In this document: positions 21,442 through 32,966 of the stretch, in pieces | How the letters are laid out: each line of letters starts with the position of its first letter | Numbering within the stretch: position 1 is the first letter of the stretch | NCBI GenBank assembly: GCA_963758495.1 | Contig: CAVWVI010000004.1 | Coordinates: 608,001-672,000 of the forward strand | DNA: 64,000 bases | Origin: Oligoflexia bacterium | GTDB lineage: Bacteria > Bdellovibrionota > UBA1018 | Direction of reading: 5' to 3' | The notes under the pieces: generated by a model | What the model saw: only the letters and a program-made list of their open reading frames with translations | Database searches by the model: none | Told to the model about the DNA's origin: nothing | Translations under genes and position numbers: made by a program

Positions 21442-22986
21442 ATGCTTTCTTTCTTTATTAAAGGTGCATTTATAATGAGACCCACGCTTACCGTCCTTCA
21501 CTTTGACAATGAAGGAGAAGGAGTCGCTCTTGATCCAATATCTTTCCCTTCCATTCAATTCTTAAACCTGAGAGTTAGCTACGAGACTCGAAATGAAGTG
21601 ACACTCATGCATTCCCTTGCCGCCACTCCGGCACGGTACATAGAAGCGGCTGTAGCAAAAGCACTCTCGCTAGGTGTCAAAACGGATATTTTAGTCTTCA
21701 ATCCACAAATACAGACAGAAGAACTTCTTATTCAAGAAACTTTGGATCGCTGCCTTGAATGTGCATCAAATACTGTTTGCATGGTATTCACCGATCTCAA
21801 AGATTATCCAATTGCCTATTTATTTCCAGCCGCTTTGATTTCTGACCTTAACGCTATCAAGCTAGAACGGATTCGATTTCTTTCCAATTCTTCATCAAGC
21901 CTAGATGCAAGCTATCTTAGCACAGCATTTGGAGAACGTAGTCAATTAGTGGTAATCCGAATACGCTGTACACTAAATAGTAGCGCAGGATTCTTCAATA
22001 ATCAGATCAATGAATGCATGAAAGGGATTTACAATCTCACAACTCTTCATGCGACAAGAGCCTACTCTGCGGTATCCCTTAGCGATCGACCAAAAAAAAC
22101 CATAGCTGTGATGCCCTACCATGCAGGTGATTTACTTTTTTTCTTAAAAGCGATGGAAGGGGTTTCACACCCTTTTAATTGCTTACTTATTAATTGCGAG
22201 TTTGTAGATATCGCAAAAAAAATCGCCCCTAAACTTGAATTAATTCCTATTTTAGAGTGCGCCCCAAACCGTAGCTTAAATGCAGATCCAGATCTAACCA
22301 GTCATGGCAATTTAGAATATCGATACTTCCAAGATATCGTGTACAAATACATTCCAGAAGATGCTGCTTTTTATTTTTTCCGTCCTAGTCGAGACTACAA
22401 CCTGTGCAAATTTCACATGATCGATCAGTGGAAATTTAGTCTTACAAATGATAATTTTCCTCTAATTAATGAAATTTCGTTCAACGCTCCCAAGCTTCCT
22501 CTGAAAAGTCGTTCCGCCTTATTACACTTTGATGGAGGATGGCCACTTAAAATTTACCCATCAAACCTTCAACATAGACTCATCTCTCTACTCCAACAGA
22601 ATGGCTTCGAAGTTAAAGTAATCTCTAATGGATTACTTGAATATAATTGTCCAACAATTCAATTCCAAGGACTTAATAGTCTGCAAGATGAGATTTTAAG
22701 ACACGCCGTTCTTATAGGGATGGATTCATTTCCAGCACATTATTCAACTTACATAATAAATCACCCCACTATTTGCCTTTTTGGCTCTACTCACCCTTCA
22801 AACTCAAATGCACCCAAATCGAATCGATATCAATTCCTTTCGAAGAGTTTTGACTGTGCTCCGTGCTTTCATAATAACTACTGCCGCAGATTCTATTCAG
22901 ACCATTGCAACAACTTTATTGACCCTGAGGAGGCCTGTGCCGCTGTTGAGAGCATGTATAAGACCTGTTATGGAGAATATGCATGA
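21442..22986 (+). CDS. Protein with a C-terminal GT9 (heptosyltransferase)-like domain
   Basis: HAGDLL, IGMDSFPAH, PTICLFGST and CAPC...C...C; N-terminal 200 aa not recognised. Confidence 0.6.
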   Translation: MLSFFIKGAFIMRPTLTVLHFDNEGEGVALDPISFPSIQFLNLRVSYETRNEVTLMHSLAATPARYIEAAVAKALSLGVKTDILVFNPQIQTEELLIQETLDRCLECASNTVCMVFTDLKDYPIAYLFPAALISDLNAIKLERIRFLSNSSSSLDASYLSTAFGERSQLVVIRIRCTLNSSAGFFNNQINECMKGIYNLTTLHATRAYSAVSLSDRPKKTIAVMPYHAGDLLFFLKAMEGVSHPFNCLLINCEFVDIAKKIAPKLELIPILECAPNRSLNADPDLTSHGNLEYRYFQDIVYKYIPEDAAFYFFRPSRDYNLCKFHMIDQWKFSLTNDNFPLINEISFNAPKLPLKSRSALLHFDGGWPLKIYPSNLQHRLISLLQQNGFEVKVISNGLLEYNCPTIQFQGLNSLQDEILRHAVLIGMDSFPAHYSTYIINHPTICLFGSTHPSNSNAPKSNRYQFLSKSFDCAPCFHNNYCRRFYSDHCNNFIDPEEACAAVESMYKTCYGEYA

Positions 22987-24116
22987 AATCTGCAATTTTT
23001 ACAGTATGCCAAGCTTCTTTACTTCCACAAGCACAAGTCCTTTTGGAATCCTTGGTAAAATGTGCACCTGAATGCGATTTGTTCCTGGTTGTCCCGGAAA
23101 AATCAAATTCATGCTCCTCTGGTTTTGTAAAAATTGAAAAAACCACTTTCATCACATTGGAGCAACTTGCTGTTCCCAATGTCGAAAGGCTAGCGTTTGA
23201 GCTAGAAGGTCCTGAATTTTGCCAAATGTTAATACCACACAGCATTCGCTATCTCTTTCTCCAGTCTTACGAGAGCGTGATTTATTTTGAACCAGAAAGC
23301 GAAGTCCACGCCTCCTTAATCGTGCTTATGCAACATTTTCAAGAAAGCGCAGCTATCCTTTGCCCTTACTTTACTGAGCCCGTATTTAGAAATCCATCAC
23401 CATTGAATTCATGTGAAATACAGTCTCAAGGAATATTCAATCCTGGATTTTTAGGATTACGCAAGACAACAGAGAGCGAAAATTTCCTTAGCTTTTGCTG
23501 CAAACAAAAAAGCAAAACTCAAGCTTTTTTTGGTAGCATCCTAAGCTTTTTAAGTCCTTGTTCAATTATCCGTAACCATTCTTATGGTGTTTCAGTCTTG
23601 AATCTTTTCCAGCGCCACCTTAGGAAGGAGGAAGGCAAAGTAGTTACGAAAGACGGGCCCCTCGTATTTCTAAGCTTTAAAGATTTAAATACAGCACAAA
23701 TGGAGATTTCTCTTGATACTAAATATGCTGTCCAGGAGCTGATCAAAAATCGAACTTCTCTGCTTAAACAGGCGGAAAGTAAACTCTCATCCTTCTCTAG
23801 AATAAATTCATTCGATTTCTTTAATGATGGAGAACGAATTTACCAGGCCGATAGAAGAAAATTTGCTGCACTCAACTTAATTGAAAAAGATCTTCTTGGA
23901 GACCCTTTCTCTGCAAAACTAAAAATACGGCAAGTAAATCGGGTCGTGGGACGAATTCACGATATCACTGAAATCGCTGAGACCAATCGAAAACTCCATA
24001 TATTACTCAACGACATGCAAAACTTAATCAACAACATGCAAAACTTAATCAACAACATGCAAAATGGCCCATCTTGGATAATCGGTCGACTGATTACCTT
24101 TTTCCCAGAAAATTAA
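22983..24116 (+). CDS. Degenerate glycosyltransferase-like protein with a C-terminal coiled coil; may extend to about 24217 via a frameshift near 24105
   Basis: IFTVC...AQVLLESL and GIFNPGFLG resemble a GT-A family; FEPE where DxD is expected; heptad repeat then SWIIGRLIT; ATGA overlap with the upstream gene. Confidence 0.55.
   Translation: MKSAIFTVCQASLLPQAQVLLESLVKCAPECDLFLVVPEKSNSCSSGFVKIEKTTFITLEQLAVPNVERLAFELEGPEFCQMLIPHSIRYLFLQSYESVIYFEPESEVHASLIVLMQHFQESAAILCPYFTEPVFRNPSPLNSCEIQSQGIFNPGFLGLRKTTESENFLSFCCKQKSKTQAFFGSILSFLSPCSIIRNHSYGVSVLNLFQRHLRKEEGKVVTKDGPLVFLSFKDLNTAQMEISLDTKYAVQELIKNRTSLLKQAESKLSSFSRINSFDFFNDGERIYQADRRKFAALNLIEKDLLGDPFSAKLKIRQVNRVVGRIHDITEIAETNRKLHILLNDMQNLINNMQNLINNMQNGPSWIIGRLITFFPEN
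24007..24064 (+). repeat. 21-bp in-frame tandem repeat (ACATGCAAAACTTAATCAACA, about 2.5 copies) encoding MQNLINN
   Basis: Two exact copies at 24013-24033 and 24034-24054 plus a partial third. Confidence 0.95.
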
Positions 24117-24434
24117 TGAATTTCTTGAAACAAATGAATCATAAATTTAAAAAGGCCTCTAAAGATAGAGTGGTACTACTACCCAGCCCCGCCAATAGTA
24201 GCTCTCAGCAAGTTTAATAAAATTTGCTCCCAATATTGCAACTTGAAATATAATAATTTTAGAATCAATAAACGATGAATTTTATTCTTGGTAGGCTTTA
24301 GACTAACAAAGATAATATTTGCTAATTACAATCTCATTTCAATTAATGAGTTCTCACAGGGCCATACTCAGGCTTCAATAGTGACTATCTTCTTATTATA
24401 TATAAAATAGAGAACAAATACATGTATGAATATA

Positions 24435-25397
24435 TTAGACATCTTTAGCAATTCCAGAAAAACTAACCTGGCTCATGATTGAATATTCCGGTCTTTTTTT
24501 AGTATTTTCAAAGGTTCTCCAAATATAGGATCCAATTATACCCAACCCAAATGAATTTAGCCCGCCAAAAAAAGTAATAGTAATAACTGTCGTAGCATAG
24601 CCAGGAACATTAATAGAACCTGAAATTCTACCTATTAGTACAAGTAAAGAGAGAACTATACTCAAAAAAAGAATCACACTCCCCATAAATAGAAGCAAAC
24701 GAATTGGCAAGTCAGAAAATGCAAAAATACTATCTAGCAAATATTTTAGCCGTTTAGAAAAAGTCCAGGCACTTCTTCCGTGCATCCTTGGGCGTCGATC
24801 ATAATTGATAAACTCTATTCGAAATCCAAGCCAAAAAATTAGGCCGATTAATGTAGTATTTGACTCCTTTAAAGCTAATAAATGTTGAATAAATATCTTA
24901 TTACAAGCGAAAACATCAACTCCACCAACAGGAACCTGGGGTTGGACAAATTTTCGATAAAAAAACCAAAATAAATTAGAAAAAATACGACTTAAAAATG
25001 GATCTGATCTAGACTTTCTCGTCCCAACTACAACATCACACTCACCATGACGAAGACGTTCAAAAAATTGAACAACCAAATCAGGGGGTTCCTGTAAATC
25101 AGCTGCCATCACCGCGTAATATGGTCCTGTAGCATTTTCAAGCCCTGCTCGAGCAGCCGCAAAAGAGCCAAAATTTTTAGACAACAAAAGAAGACGAGAT
25201 TTAAAAGACACATCATTTAATCGTGCTTTTAGTATCTCAAAGGAACGATCTGGACTGCCATCTATAACTAATATAACTTCAAGACCATTGTTGAGACTCT
25301 TATTTAACACTTCAAGTGTAGATATTAATTCTATGAGGGTCGGTTCATTCTTATAAATTGGAACAATAAGAGAGTACATTGCTATCAACCCTGCCAA
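24435..25397 (-). CDS. GT2, bactoprenol glycosyltransferase (GtrB/ArnC-like) with two C-terminal TM helices
   Basis: IDGSPDRS, LSKNFGS, MAADLQEPP, R.HGRSAWT, IIGSYIWR. Confidence 0.85.
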   Translation of the reverse strand: MAGLIAMYSLIVPIYKNEPTLIELISTLEVLNKSLNNGLEVILVIDGSPDRSFEILKARLNDVSFKSRLLLLSKNFGSFAAARAGLENATGPYYAVMAADLQEPPDLVVQFFERLRHGECDVVVGTRKSRSDPFLSRIFSNLFWFFYRKFVQPQVPVGGVDVFACNKIFIQHLLALKESNTTLIGLIFWLGFRIEFINYDRRPRMHGRSAWTFSKRLKYLLDSIFAFSDLPIRLLLFMGSVILFLSIVLSLLVLIGRISGSINVPGYATTVITITFFGGLNSFGLGIIGSYIWRTFENTKKRPEYSIMSQVSFSGIAKDV

Positions 25398-26533
25398 GTA
25401 TTACACGCATGAATTATCCGTTCGATATCTTCTTGTGCTAGAAATGGGTGAATTGGAATACTAACTTCGAAATCTGCAAATCGCTTTGCATTCAACAACG
25501 TTCCCAATACCATAGGTATAGGAGACACGTTTCGAGTTAAAACCTCTTGGTATGGCACAAGCCGAGGATAATGGAGCGCGGTATGAATTCCTTTAGACTG
25601 CAGATAGGCTTGAAATGACCCCCTATTCCCTTGTATTAAAAGAGGATAAAGATGCCACACAGAACCAGAATTAACTGGAACAGGTGGGGATAAAATTCTT
25701 TTATTCTTAATCTCAGAACGATAAATAGCAGCAATCTGACTTCGTCGTTCAATAAATTTATTTAATTTTGGAAGTAACGCAAATCTTAAAATAGCGGCTT
25801 GAAGTTCATCCAACCGACTATTTAGTCCAAATTCAGCATGGACATATTTTTCAGATTGGCCATAATCTCTTATTATTTTTGCACGACTAGAATAGATTTC
25901 ACTAGGTGTTAATAGAGCCCCGCCGTCTCCCATACACCCTAAATTCTTTGTTGGATAAAATGATACAGTAGCAATTTGTCCAACCGAACCACATGGCTTT
26001 TCAGAACTAGTTGCACCTATCGCCTGCGCGCAATCCTCAACAACTTTTAAAGAATATTTTTCTTTGATGAATGATAATTTTTGAAGGTCTAAACAGTGCC
26101 CAAACAGATGAACTGGAATTAAAAATTTAATTTCTGAATCTTCCTCTAGGGCCTTTTCAACAAGCTGAAGATCAAGTAACCCGGAATCATCAACATCCAC
26201 AAAAACAGGATGTCCTCCCGCCTTTAAAATGGCTAACGTAGTAGCAAATGCGGTTAGAGGAGTAGTAAGGACTTTATCTCCTGGTTTTAAGTCCAAAATT
26301 CGGAGTGCAATCTCAATAGCATCAAGACCATTGCCACATCCAATTGCGTAAGGAATTCCCCAATACTTAGCTAAGTTTTTTTCAAACTCATTAACTTCAT
26401 TACCTAAAACTAAATACCCACTTTTACCTACCCTATCAACAGCATCTAAAATAAGATTACCAACATCGTTCCATTGCGCTTTAAAGTCATTCAGCAAAAT
26501 TGGCTTTTTACAATTACTCGTTTCATTAATCAT
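25385..26533 (-). CDS. DegT/DnrJ/EryC1/StrS aminotransferase (FdtB/QdtB-like)
   Basis: GNGLDAI, EDCAQAIG, SFYPTKNLG.MGDGG, NSRLDELQAA. Confidence 0.88.
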   Translation of the reverse strand: MINETSNCKKPILLNDFKAQWNDVGNLILDAVDRVGKSGYLVLGNEVNEFEKNLAKYWGIPYAIGCGNGLDAIEIALRILDLKPGDKVLTTPLTAFATTLAILKAGGHPVFVDVDDSGLLDLQLVEKALEEDSEIKFLIPVHLFGHCLDLQKLSFIKEKYSLKVVEDCAQAIGATSSEKPCGSVGQIATVSFYPTKNLGCMGDGGALLTPSEIYSSRAKIIRDYGQSEKYVHAEFGLNSRLDELQAAILRFALLPKLNKFIERRSQIAAIYRSEIKNKRILSPPVPVNSGSVWHLYPLLIQGNRGSFQAYLQSKGIHTALHYPRLVPYQEVLTRNVSPIPMVLGTLLNAKRFADFEVSIPIHPFLAQEDIERIIHACNTWQG

Positions 26534-26567
26534 ATTCAGTATTCTTTAAAAAGTGACGTGGATAATA

Positions 26568-27527
26568 CTAAATACTTTTAATTTTTATGAATCCGTATTG
26601 TGGATCGGATATCTTAATATTTTGTCGTGTAAAATTCGCACCCATAAATGTGGGAATATAGGCAATTCGCGGCTGACCCCCGCTATTTCCTAAACTACCA
26701 TGAAGAGTTCGGCTATGATAAATGATACAATCACCAACATTTAAATTTGACACTATTGTTTGCTTCCACCATTCAGCTTCATTTCCAACAACAAACAGCT
26801 CAGAAAATTTCTCAACTATCTTAAACCGTTTACTTAAAAAAGGTAAAACAACCGCATTAACCCAATCTGCAAACGATTTTTCTTTAGGCTGAGTAGCACA
26901 TAATTGAATACTCTTATTATCTGAGTTTTTAGCATTCCTACGCAAAATTTTATTTACAATTTGCGGTAATTTGAACGTCCTTGACATCATCACAAAATGT
27001 TTCAATCTCAACTTATGACTTCCAGGTACTACTTGAAGAATACCATTTTCAATTGAAGTATCTTGAAAGGGTATCCAGATTGAAATCAATTCTTCAGGTT
27101 GAATATCCCAGAACTCAGAGTCTTGATGTAAGGGAAATCGACTTTGTTGATTCTGTAATTTTTGAATAAACGCATCACGAAAGAGGTAGAGATCTTGACC
27201 TATTATTGCCTCAACTAGTTTTAATGCAGGTGAATTTTTTAAAAGTGTTCGAGTCTCTACAATCTGTCCAAACACATTTGACCGTTCCTTTACAGACATT
27301 TTTTGAGATGCATATTTAATACGCCAATTTGCATCAGAATCAGGAATAGCCAAAACAGCATTTTTCATTTTCTTTAGTAATTCTGGATCAAAAACTTTTC
27401 TTAAAATTAGATACCCATCTTTATTAAATTGCTCTATTAAAGTATGGTTACGGTTTTGACCTGTCATCAAGTCAGTATAAGGTAATATGCTTTCTGCTCC
27501 TGCGCTAACACTCTCGGTTGTATTCAT
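26568..27527 (-). CDS. Phytanoyl-CoA dioxygenase (PhyH) family Fe(II)/2OG oxygenase
   Basis: HQD, ISIWIP, NG.LQVVPGSH, H..TLHGS..N...R. Confidence 0.85.
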   Translation of the reverse strand: MNTTESVSAGAESILPYTDLMTGQNRNHTLIEQFNKDGYLILRKVFDPELLKKMKNAVLAIPDSDANWRIKYASQKMSVKERSNVFGQIVETRTLLKNSPALKLVEAIIGQDLYLFRDAFIQKLQNQQSRFPLHQDSEFWDIQPEELISIWIPFQDTSIENGILQVVPGSHKLRLKHFVMMSRTFKLPQIVNKILRRNAKNSDNKSIQLCATQPKEKSFADWVNAVVLPFLSKRFKIVEKFSELFVVGNEAEWWKQTIVSNLNVGDCIIYHSRTLHGSLGNSGGQPRIAYIPTFMGANFTRQNIKISDPQYGFIKIKSI

Positions 27528-27567
27528 AATTTCCTTATTAGTAAATATTATAACATTATTTATAAAT

Positions 27568-28317
27568 CTAATTCCGATCCGCCACTTCTCTAACTACCAC
27601 AGCGGGAACTCCCATGACTAACTTCCTTGGTAACACACTTTTCGTAACCACTGCTCCTGCTCCAACTACCGAGTCTTCTCCAAGTTCAATCCCAGGAAGC
27701 AAAGTTGCATTCACTCCAACATAGGCCCGTTTTCGAATAATAGGACCTGCCCACTTTGCAGTCGAATCACTTCGTCCAAGAGAGTTTTCACTTGCTCCGC
27801 AAACATGTGTGCTTAAAAACACATCCTCTTCAATCAACATATCGCCAGGGAGATGGCAAGTATCCATGATCTTGGTACGCGCACCAATTTTAGTGTTTAC
27901 TTGAACCATAACAGAACGTCCCAAAAGAACATTTTCTCCAATTACACATTGCTCACGAATTGAAGTTAAATCACAAATAATAGACCCTGCCCCTATAGAG
28001 GAGGCTCGATAAAGTACAACATTAGCCCCTATCACGACGTCATCCCTAATTATTAAGCCTTCTGAAGTCCCTCTCATATCCCGCTTTACTACACTATCGC
28101 ACTGAGGAAGTACCGTCGGCCGACCAAGTACGGTATTTTCTAATATAGTTACATTTTTACCTATTTTCGTTCCTGGATAAATTCGTACTCCAGCACAAAC
28201 CCTACTGCCGTGCCCAATTGTGACATTTTCTCCAATTGAGACGTCTTTCCCAAAATGAACTTCAGGATATAAGGCACTGAAATTCTCATTATCAATCTCC
28301 GTAAAGGGCAAAATCAC
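27568..28317 (-). CDS. Hexapeptide-repeat (left-handed beta-helix) N-acyltransferase
   Basis: Repeated IG.NV.IG hexapeptides; VGVNATLLPG...VGAGAVVTK...GVPA. Confidence 0.85.
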   Translation of the reverse strand: MILPFTEIDNENFSALYPEVHFGKDVSIGENVTIGHGSRVCAGVRIYPGTKIGKNVTILENTVLGRPTVLPQCDSVVKRDMRGTSEGLIIRDDVVIGANVVLYRASSIGAGSIICDLTSIREQCVIGENVLLGRSVMVQVNTKIGARTKIMDTCHLPGDMLIEEDVFLSTHVCGASENSLGRSDSTAKWAGPIIRKRAYVGVNATLLPGIELGEDSVVGAGAVVTKSVLPRKLVMGVPAVVVREVADRN

Positions 28318-29000
28318 AAGAGACCCCCATTTAATGGAAGTATAGCACCAGTTAAATATTTACACTTTAAAGCGAAATCACAAGCTAGGAATAAATCCTC
28401 GCTTGTCCCTAATCGTCTTAATGGAATTTGCTCAATAATTTTAAAAAGGGCCTCTGAAGGAACTTGATTAATCATTCCTCGATCAAAATACCCAAGATCA
28501 ATACAATTAACTCTCCCTTTATAGCGGGCAAACTCTTTAGAAGCTGTTTTAACTAAACCATGCAATGCCGCCTTTGAAGAAGCGTAAGCGGATGCTCCTA
28601 ATACACCAACCTCTGACACCACTGAACCAAAAAAGAGCACTGAAGTTTCAGATCTATTTTGCAAAAAAGGCTGAATTGTCTTTAGAAGATAATATGAGCT
28701 ATCTAAATTAACCCGCACGGTTTTTTCCCAATTCTCAATACCGAGCTTATGAATCATTCCATTTATTGACACCCCTACAGCATTAATAACATACAGAGGC
28801 TCAGTAGGACTTAAATTATCATTAACTTTTTGGAAAAACTGTTCAACAGAATCAAGACTCTCAAGATCAATCTCCTTTCTGGTGGCTTTAATCATTTGCC
28901 CATACGACTCAAGAATGCGAGGGTTGCTTTCAATATAATCAGTTAAACCAGAACCTAAGCCGCCCGCAGCCCCCAGAATAATTAACATCCAACACCCCAA
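28314..29000 (-). CDS. SDR oxidoreductase, FabG/acetoacetyl-CoA reductase-like
   Basis: GAAGGLG, YASSK, LGYFD.GMI, IPLRRLG, NGGL. Confidence 0.8.
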   Translation of the reverse strand: MGCWMLIILGAAGGLGSGLTDYIESNPRILESYGQMIKATRKEIDLESLDSVEQFFQKVNDNLSPTEPLYVINAVGVSINGMIHKLGIENWEKTVRVNLDSSYYLLKTIQPFLQNRSETSVLFFGSVVSEVGVLGASAYASSKAALHGLVKTASKEFARYKGRVNCIDLGYFDRGMINQVPSEALFKIIEQIPLRRLGTSEDLFLACDFALKCKYLTGAILPLNGGLL

Positions 29001-29394
29001 TTAAATTATTTATAGTTGAAATTATTCATACTTTTTTCAACGTAAAAAATCCATAGCAAAGTAACAGAATAAATGTAAGCCTCTACGGCAGCACTGTAAC
29101 AAAACCAATATCAAAACAAGATGGACAGAGACATATAGAAAAATAACAGAGCGTAAACCTTAGACCGTCTCAAACGGAAATAGAAAGCAAATTCTTTCCA
29201 TGCGATGATATTAAATACTTTTAAACCAAATCGCTAAAGACCTCTTTAGATCAATTTCTAAAAAGTTTAAGTTTCATTTTTTAGAAATTAAGGAACCCAA
29301 AGTTACATTAATACCAACTATCGATCTTTATCCTCATATATTCTGCAAGAATTAAGATATTTACCCTCCTGCTTGTTTATTTCTTTCTTTTTGA

Positions 29395-30475
<1,081 letters not shown>

Positions 30476-30487
30476 AGGAATGACTCT

Positions 30488-31381
30488 ATGAAAGGAATTA
30501 TCCTTGCTGGCGGAAGTGGCACACGGCTTTATCCTCTCACTCACTCGATCAGTAAACAACTTCTCCCGGTTTACGATAAACCGACAATTTATTATCCCCT
30601 TTCTACACTCATGCTGGCTGGAATTCGTGAGATTTTGATTATTAGCACCCCTCGCGATCTTCCGATGATTCGGGATTTACTGGGAGATGGAAGCCAAATC
30701 GGTATTTCCCTTTCCTACCAAGAACAAGCAAAACCAGAAGGAATTGCCCAAGCATTTCTTATCGGGGCTGACTTCATTGATGGTGATTCAGTTTGTTTAG
30801 TATTGGGTGACAATATTTTTTACGGTCACGAACTCAGCAATGCACTGGAGCGTTCCTCAAAACTTGAAAAAGGGGCCCGCCTGTTCGCCTATCATGTTCA
30901 CGATCCAGAGCGATATGGCGTCGTCGAGTTCGATAAAAATGGGAAAGCGATTAGTCTTGAAGAAAAACCCAAAAGTCCTCGTTCTTCTTGGGCAGTCACC
31001 GGTCTTTATTTTTATGACTCGAATGTAGTCAATTATACAAAATCGTTAAAACCCTCGGCGCGAGGTGAACTCGAAATCACCGACTTAAATCTTATGTATC
31101 TCAAACGCGGTGAAGCTCACGTTGAGCTTCTAGGTCGTGGGGTCGCTTGGTTGGATAGCGGAACCTATGATTCATTACTAGCTGCATCACAATTTGTACA
31201 AACCCTGGAACAGCGCCAAGGACTTAAGGTCGCGTGTATTGAAGAGATCGCTTACTCAAAGGGATTTATCAATGCGGCTCAACTCGAAAAACTTTCCGAG
31301 GTTTATGCAAAAAGTTCCTATGGTCAATATTTGAAACAAATTCTCAAGGAAACTCCCATTCTCGGCTCTTACCATGAATAA
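30488..31381 (+). CDS. rfbA: Glucose-1-phosphate thymidylyltransferase (RmlA)
   Basis: [43 protein letters not shown]. Confidence 0.96.
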   Translation: MKGIILAGGSGTRLYPLTHSISKQLLPVYDKPTIYYPLSTLMLAGIREILIISTPRDLPMIRDLLGDGSQIGISLSYQEQAKPEGIAQAFLIGADFIDGDSVCLVLGDNIFYGHELSNALERSSKLEKGARLFAYHVHDPERYGVVEFDKNGKAISLEEKPKSPRSSWAVTGLYFYDSNVVNYTKSLKPSARGELEITDLNLMYLKRGEAHVELLGRGVAWLDSGTYDSLLAASQFVQTLEQRQGLKVACIEEIAYSKGFINAAQLEKLSEVYAKSSYGQYLKQILKETPILGSYHE

Positions 31382-32261
31382 TTCAGCACCTCACCCGATC
31401 GTGATCCTGGGATCAAAAGGCCAAGTAGGAAAAGCTCTTTTAGACCTACTGAAAGAGCATGCGATCGGACTTGACCGAAGCCAAGCTAATTTGGAAAATC
31501 CAGAAGCTATCATTCCTCTTTTGAATCAGATCCAACCTTCTAGCATTATCAACGCCGCTGCATACACGGCAGTCGATTTGGCTGAGCAGAATCAAGCATT
31601 AGCCATGAAGATTAATGGCGATGCTCCTGGAGTGCTCGCTCGGTGGTGCGCGGATCACCAAATTCCTTTTGTTCATTATTCCACTGATTACGTTTTTTCA
31701 GGTGAAGGGGATCGCCCTTGGAAAGAAAAAGATCCAGTATCTCCTTTAAGCTCTTATGGAAAATCCAAACTTGAGGGAGAGAAACAAATTGCAGCAGCTG
31801 GGGGTAAATACCTCATCTTCAGAACTTCTTGGGTTTATGATGCTTTTGGAAAAAACTTTGTAAATACCATACTCCGTCTGGGACGAGAGAAGGAAGCACT
31901 TCGGATCGTATCCGATCAAATAGGGGCTCCCACTTATGCACCCCACTTGGCCAAAGCAACCATTGAAGCACTCAGAGTTGCCCTAGAGATAAATCAGTTT
32001 CCTTCGGGAGTTTTTCATCTCTGCAATTCTGGAGAAACTACCTGGCATGAATTTGCCCTCGCCATCTTTGAGTTAGCCCGTTCAAAGAAAATGCCGCTTC
32101 AAATCAAAAAAGTAGAACCGATTCTTACATCCGAATATCCCACCCCTGCTACACGTCCTCTCAATTCACGGTTGAACCTAAATCAGATTTATCATGTATT
32201 AGGAGTTAGCCTTCCAGATTGGAAAATCGGCCTCAAAGAGTGCATGGAGCATATTAAATGA
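31374..32261 (+). CDS. rfbD: dTDP-4-dehydrorhamnose reductase (RmlD)
   Basis: [37 protein letters not shown]. Confidence 0.94.
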   Translation: MNNSAPHPIVILGSKGQVGKALLDLLKEHAIGLDRSQANLENPEAIIPLLNQIQPSSIINAAAYTAVDLAEQNQALAMKINGDAPGVLARWCADHQIPFVHYSTDYVFSGEGDRPWKEKDPVSPLSSYGKSKLEGEKQIAAAGGKYLIFRTSWVYDAFGKNFVNTILRLGREKEALRIVSDQIGAPTYAPHLAKATIEALRVALEINQFPSGVFHLCNSGETTWHEFALAIFELARSKKMPLQIKKVEPILTSEYPTPATRPLNSRLNLNQIYHVLGVSLPDWKIGLKECMEHIK

Positions 32262-32812
32262 AAATCACCTCTCTTGATTTACCGGGTTTAAAGCTAGTTG
32301 AATTACAGATTCACGGAGATCACCGAGGCTTCTTCGTAGAACGTTTTAATGAGGCAAAATTTAAAGAAGCAGGTTTAACAACGCACTTTGTCCAAGACAA
32401 CCACTCTCGCTCTTCTCCGGGTGTTCTGAGAGGACTCCATTACCAAGTAAGCCCTGCCCAAGGAAAACTCGTAGGAGTCATTCGAGGAAAAGTTTGGGAT
32501 GTTGCTGTCGATATTCGCCCCAAGTCTCCTACCTTCGGAAAAAGTTTTGGAGTTGAACTCAGTGGAGAAAATGGAAAAATGTTGTGGATCCCAGCAGGAT
32601 TTGCGCATGGATTCTGTGTACTCGGAGATGAACTAGCCGATATGCTCTATAAAGTAGATGGCCTTTATAATCCAAAAACAGAGGGAGGGATCCACTGGGC
32701 TGATCCTGAACTCAATATTCCATGGCCTACGAGTCATCGTACAGTTTCAGAGCGAGACGAAAAGCTACCCTCATTTGCGGCTTACAAAAAAGCCCCTTCT
32801 GACTGGGCATAG
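32258..32812 (+). CDS. rfbC: dTDP-4-dehydrorhamnose 3,5-epimerase (RmlC)
   Basis: DHRGFF, VQDNHSRS, LRGLHYQ, DVAVDIR, GFAHGF. Confidence 0.95.
   Translation: MKITSLDLPGLKLVELQIHGDHRGFFVERFNEAKFKEAGLTTHFVQDNHSRSSPGVLRGLHYQVSPAQGKLVGVIRGKVWDVAVDIRPKSPTFGKSFGVELSGENGKMLWIPAGFAHGFCVLGDELADMLYKVDGLYNPKTEGGIHWADPELNIPWPTSHRTVSERDEKLPSFAAYKKAPSDWA
32651..32812 (+). repeat. 162-bp direct repeat, copy 1 (3' end of rfbC)
   Basis: Matches 33823-33984 with 7 substitutions by manual alignment. Confidence 0.95.
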
Positions 32813-32836
32813 GTTTTTGACTTCCTGAATCATTTT

Positions 32837-32884
32837 TATTCTAATAATTGGCATATTTTTAAATTTTTGCCAATTATTAGAATA
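32837..32884. repeat. Perfect 17-bp inverted repeat (TATTCTAATAATTGGCA ... TGCCAATTATTAGAATA), possible terminator or binding site
   Basis: Arms at 32837-32853 and 32868-32884, 14-bp loop, just after the rfbC stop. Confidence 0.8.
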
Positions 32885-32932
32885 GACTTACTCATAGATG
32901 ATGATGACTATTTATTAACAAATAACACCTAT

Positions 32933-32960
32933 TTGACATTTTTGTCATATTTGATAAGAT
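32933..32960 (+). promoter_or_regulatory. Sigma70-like promoter with overlapping palindromic operator
   Basis: TTGACA (32933) - 16 bp - TAAGAT (32955); palindrome TGACA-TTTT-TGTCA over the -35; GTG start 7 bp downstream (probably leaderless). Confidence 0.55.
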
Positions 32961-32966
32961 TGTCTT

